Assembly: GCA_963716395.1 (NCBI GenBank)
Contig: OY970309.1
Span: forward strand, 2,720,001-2,784,000
Reading direction: 5' to 3'
DNA from: an uncultured Fibrobacteria bacterium
GTDB lineage: Bacteria; Fibrobacterota; Fibrobacteria; UBA11236
DNA: 64,000 nucleotides
Shown: positions 60,843 through 64,000 of the stretch, piece by piece
Layout of the letters: every line of letters starts with the position of its first letter
Numbering within the stretch: the stretch's first letter is position 1
Translations under genes and position numbers: made by a program
The notes under the pieces: model-generated
Database searches by the model: none
The model's input: the letters and a program-made list of their open reading frames with translations, nothing else
Told to the model about the DNA's origin: nothing

Positions 60843-60868
60843 TTAAACCCAGGAGGGTCGTTCGTCCC

Positions 60869-62493
60869 ATGTACGATTTCATCGTGGTGGGTTCCGGCGT
60901 CGCGGGGCTGTCCTTCGCCCTGCGGGCCGCGCGTTACGGCAAAGTCCTGGTACTCACCAAGCAATTGAGCGGAGCGGGATCGACCCATCTGGCCCAGGGG
61001 GGATCGCCTCGGTCATGGATCCCGCCGATTCGATGGAGCAGCACGCGCAGGACACCTTGACCGCGGGCGCGGGCCTGTGCCGCCGCGAGCGCGTGGAGAT
61101 CCTGGTGTCGCACGGGCCGCAGGCGGTGCGCGATCTGGCGGATTGGGGGGTGCGCTTCACGCGCGCCAGCGCGCGGGTGCGGGCCCGTGGCGTGCCGTAC
61201 GATCTGGCCCGCGAGGGTGGGCATTCCAGTTCGCGCATCGTCCACGCCGAAGACATCACCGGTTTCGAGATCCAGCGCGCCCTGAACGCGGCCGTGCGTC
61301 GTAACTCCAATGTGACGGTGCGCGAGAACGCCTTGGCCATCGATCTCGTGACCCCCAAGCACCTGCGCCCCGGCGAACGCGCAGCGGGCCCGCGCCGCGT
61401 CTACGGGGTGTATGCCCTGGACGCGCACCGCAACCGCATCGAGATGCATCTCGGGGCCGCCACGATTTTATGCACGGGCGGCGTGGGCCAGGTCTACAGC
61501 CACACCACCAACGACTCCGTGTCGACCGGCGACGGCATCGCCATGGCCTACCGCGCCGGCGCCGCGGTGGAAGATTTGGAGTTCATGCAATTCCATCCCA
61601 CCTCGTTCTATAATCCCGGGCAGCCCACCTATCTCATCTCCGAAGCCTTGCGCGGGCACGGCGGCGTGCTGCGCAACCATCAGGGAGCGGCCTTCATGGA
61701 CAAGGTGCATCCCATGAAATCCCTGGCGCCGCGCGACATCGTGGCGCGGGCCATCGACTTGGAAATGAAGCGTACGGGCCGTCCCTGTGTGTTCCTCGAC
61801 ATGACCCGGTTGCCGCGCGCCGAATTGCGGCGCCGCTTTCCCAACATCGATCGCCATTGCCGCGAACGCGGCATCGACATGGCGCGCGCCTGGATTCCCG
61901 TGGTCCCGGCCGCGCATTTCATGTGCGGCGGGGTGAAGGTCGACGCCGACTCGGCCACCGAGATGCTCAACCTGTACGCCGTGGGCGAGACGGCCTGCAC
62001 GGGCGTGCATGGCGCCAACCGGCTCGCGAGCAATTCGCTGCTCGAAGGCGTGGTGTTTTCCGAACGGGCCTTGGAACGCATTCTGGTCACGGCCCCGGCC
62101 CGGCCGCTGCGCCGCCATTTTCGCGAATGGGACAGCCTGCGCCTGAAGCCGGCGCCGGAAACCATCATTTATTCCCACGCCCTGCAAACCATCCGCTCCA
62201 CCATGTGGCATTACGTCGGCATCGTGCGCAGCAATTTCCGGCTGGCGCGCGCGGCCGAGTTTCTGCATGTGATCAGCCGTCACATCCACGCCGACTATTG
62301 GTCTTTTTCCATCGAGCCCAATCTCATCGAGCTCCGCAACCTGACCTTGTGCGCCGAACTCATTGTGCGCAGCGCCCAGCGGCGGCGGGAATCGCGCGGG
62401 CTGCATTACAATCTCGATGATCCCGAAACCCGGCCGGTGGCGCGGCATACGGTGCTGCGGCCGGCGCGGGAACGGCCGGGGCCGCGTCCCTGA
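60869..62493 (+). CDS. nadB: L-aspartate oxidase; 1-nt frameshift at the G6 run 60997-61002 (probable sequencing error)
   Basis: GSGVAGL...AQGG|IASV, REGGHS, QFHPT, LISEALRG, LAPRDIVAR, HGANRLASNSLLE, ESRGLH. Confidence 0.93.
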
Positions 62494-62511
62494 ACGGCGC
62501 GAACGGTTTGC

Positions 62512-64000
62512 ATGCCGGTTTTTTCCTCCGCCCCGTGGCAGTTCCTGGCTCTGGCCGCCGCGGGCCTGGGCCTCACCTGGATGTTGTATCGCCGGCGCAG
62601 CACTCCTCTGCGCACGGGTCCACGGCGGGTTTTGACCGTCTTGTCCGCCGTGGCCTGGCTCGGGTTGGCGGGGTTGTTGGCGCAGCCGATATGGGAGAAT
62701 ACGCAGGTGACCTACCATCCGCCCACGGCGGTGTTGGCCGTGGATCGCAGCGGCAGTTTCGCGGGCGGGACCGCGCTGGGAGCGGAAGCGGCCGTGCGCC
62801 GCAGCCTGGCCGCGGTGCGCGGGCACTACGCCCGCCTGGGATTTCACATCCGCGAGTTGGATTTCGCCGAAACCGCGGCGCCGGCGGGTGGCGGTCGGCA
62901 CCTGGGTGTTCTCTCCGACCTGGGGTCGCTGCGGCGTTACCTCGACTCGGCCGATATCGCCAATCTGCAGGGCGTTTTCCTCTGGTCCGACGGCCGGTTC
63001 AACCTGGACACGGAATCGGACTTGGAGGCCTCCTGGCCCGCGCCGGTGTTTCCGGTGGCGATGGCGCCGGCCTCGGCCGAAGTGCAGGGCGAACGCGTCG
63101 AACTGGATTGGGATACGCCCGACTCGGGAGCGGTGGGAACGGTGGCGTGGCGGCCGGCGGGGCGGGCCGCCGGAAAGGCGGAATTGGAATTGAAAGCGGG
63201 CGAACGCGTCGTTTGGAGGGAAACCCTACCGCATCCCGACGTCTACACCGGCGCCGCCGTGCAGCGGGAATTCCATCTCCCGGCGGCGGCGGCCCGTCAG
63301 GCCGCGGCGGCCGCCTCGCTGCAAGCCCTGGTTCGCCCCGAGCGTGAATCCGACAACGTCACGGCCGCCAACGACACCGTACCGTTGCTCGAGAGGGGGC
63401 GGGCGGCCGGCCATTTTTGGTTTGTGCGCCCGCTGCAATCCCTGGAAGAGCGCGGCTTGATCGACGCCCTGTTCGCCACGGAAACCATGCCGGTGGCCAC
63501 CCTCGCTCCCGATTCACTGGCCGCCCGGTCTTGGAATGAGAGCGACATGCTGTGGGTGCGCGCCGGCGCCGCCGCCGAAACCGCGGCGTTACGGGCGGCG
63601 GTTGCGGCGGCCATTCCGGCCGTGGTCTACACGCTGCCCGGCACCAAAGCCCCCGGCGCCGCAGTATTTTCCGGCGATGCGCGCGTGGTGTGGAGCGAAG
63701 CCGCCACCGGAATCCTGCCCGCCGGCGTGGTGCGTCTGGCCGATCTCGGAAGCGGAGATTGGGACCTCGCTACCGGCGATGCCGCCGTAACCCCCATCGC
63801 CTGGGCCGAGGAACACGGTCGCCGCGGACTGCTCTTCGCAGTAGATACTGCGGTGGATACCGCGGCGGAAACGGCGGTCGATGGCCAAGCCGCCGCCCCG
63901 GTGTTTCGCCTGGCCGATCCGCCGCTGTGGAGCGTCTCCTTTCGCGATCAACCCGACCCGCGCGTCGCTTCCTTGCAGCGGCAATGGGTGGCGGGGGTGA
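62512..64000 (+). CDS. Double-TM vWA-domain membrane protein (runs off the window end)
   Basis: Own translation MPVFSSAPWQFLALAAAG...LLAQP...VLAVDRSGSF (MIDAS DxSxS), later WSDG; the frame appears open to 64000. Confidence 0.75.
   Translation, partial: MPVFSSAPWQFLALAAAGLGLTWMLYRRRSTPLRTGPRRVLTVLSAVAWLGLAGLLAQPIWENTQVTYHPPTAVLAVDRSGSFAGGTALGAEAAVRRSLAAVRGHYARLGFHIRELDFAETAAPAGGGRHLGVLSDLGSLRRYLDSADIANLQGVFLWSDGRFNLDTESDLEASWPAPVFPVAMAPASAEVQGERVELDWDTPDSGAVGTVAWRPAGRAAGKAELELKAGERVVWRETLPHPDVYTGAAVQREFHLPAAAARQAAAAASLQALVRPERESDNVTAANDTVPLLERGRAAGHFWFVRPLQSLEERGLIDALFATETMPVATLAPDSLAARSWNESDMLWVRAGAAAETAALRAAVAAAIPAVVYTLPGTKAPGAAVFSGDARVVWSEAATGILPAGVVRLADLGSGDWDLATGDAAVTPIAWAEEHGRRGLLFAVDTAVDTAAETAVDGQAAAPVFRLADPPLWSVSFRDQPDPRVASLQRQWVAGV

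Noticed and set aside
63841-63882. 12-bp repeats near the window end
   Set aside because: In-frame low-complexity linker (VDTA-VDTA-AETA-VD) within the vWA protein

Overview
High-GC bacterial chromosome segment. The FlgD-Ig/'PNPF' C-terminal domain and the gene mix suggest an FCB-group, possibly Fibrobacterota-like, organism (inference). Most of it is housekeeping: gdh (partial), pyrD-like, aconitase, M3 peptidase, pyrE, htpG, queE/queC, icd, citrate synthase, rlmH, RluA, holA, greA, argJ, glyA, dus, PMM/PGM, glgC, tRNA-Glu(CTC), PpiD and nadB. It also has a MarR-DoxX-AzoR-Ohr-DsbA-pirin redox-stress cluster, an AbrB/Doc toxin-antitoxin pair, and a probable 6S RNA. Four things stand out. (1) A three-gene operon at 36389-39239 resembles Zorya type III (DUF3348-like, ZorA/DUF802-like, DUF2894-like) but has no ZorB/OmpA gene; it sits between a membrane Ser/Thr kinase and a convergent single-domain KaiC-like ATPase. 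(2) A ~6.5 kb, visibly lower-GC, integrase-less insert at 18345-24912 is bounded by an exact 104-bp duplication of a PPTase 3' end; it carries a ~1.05 kb tandem duplication with one hypervariable patch, a subtilase interrupted at a poly-C tract, and a 159-bp MITE. (3) The nadB leader can fold into two alternative structures. (4) A ~1930-aa secreted beta-helix protein lies next to the tRNA. Several single-base frameshifts, including one in nadB, suggest long-read indel errors, so all frameshift-based claims need read-level checking. Family assignments come from motif recognition by eye, not database searches.
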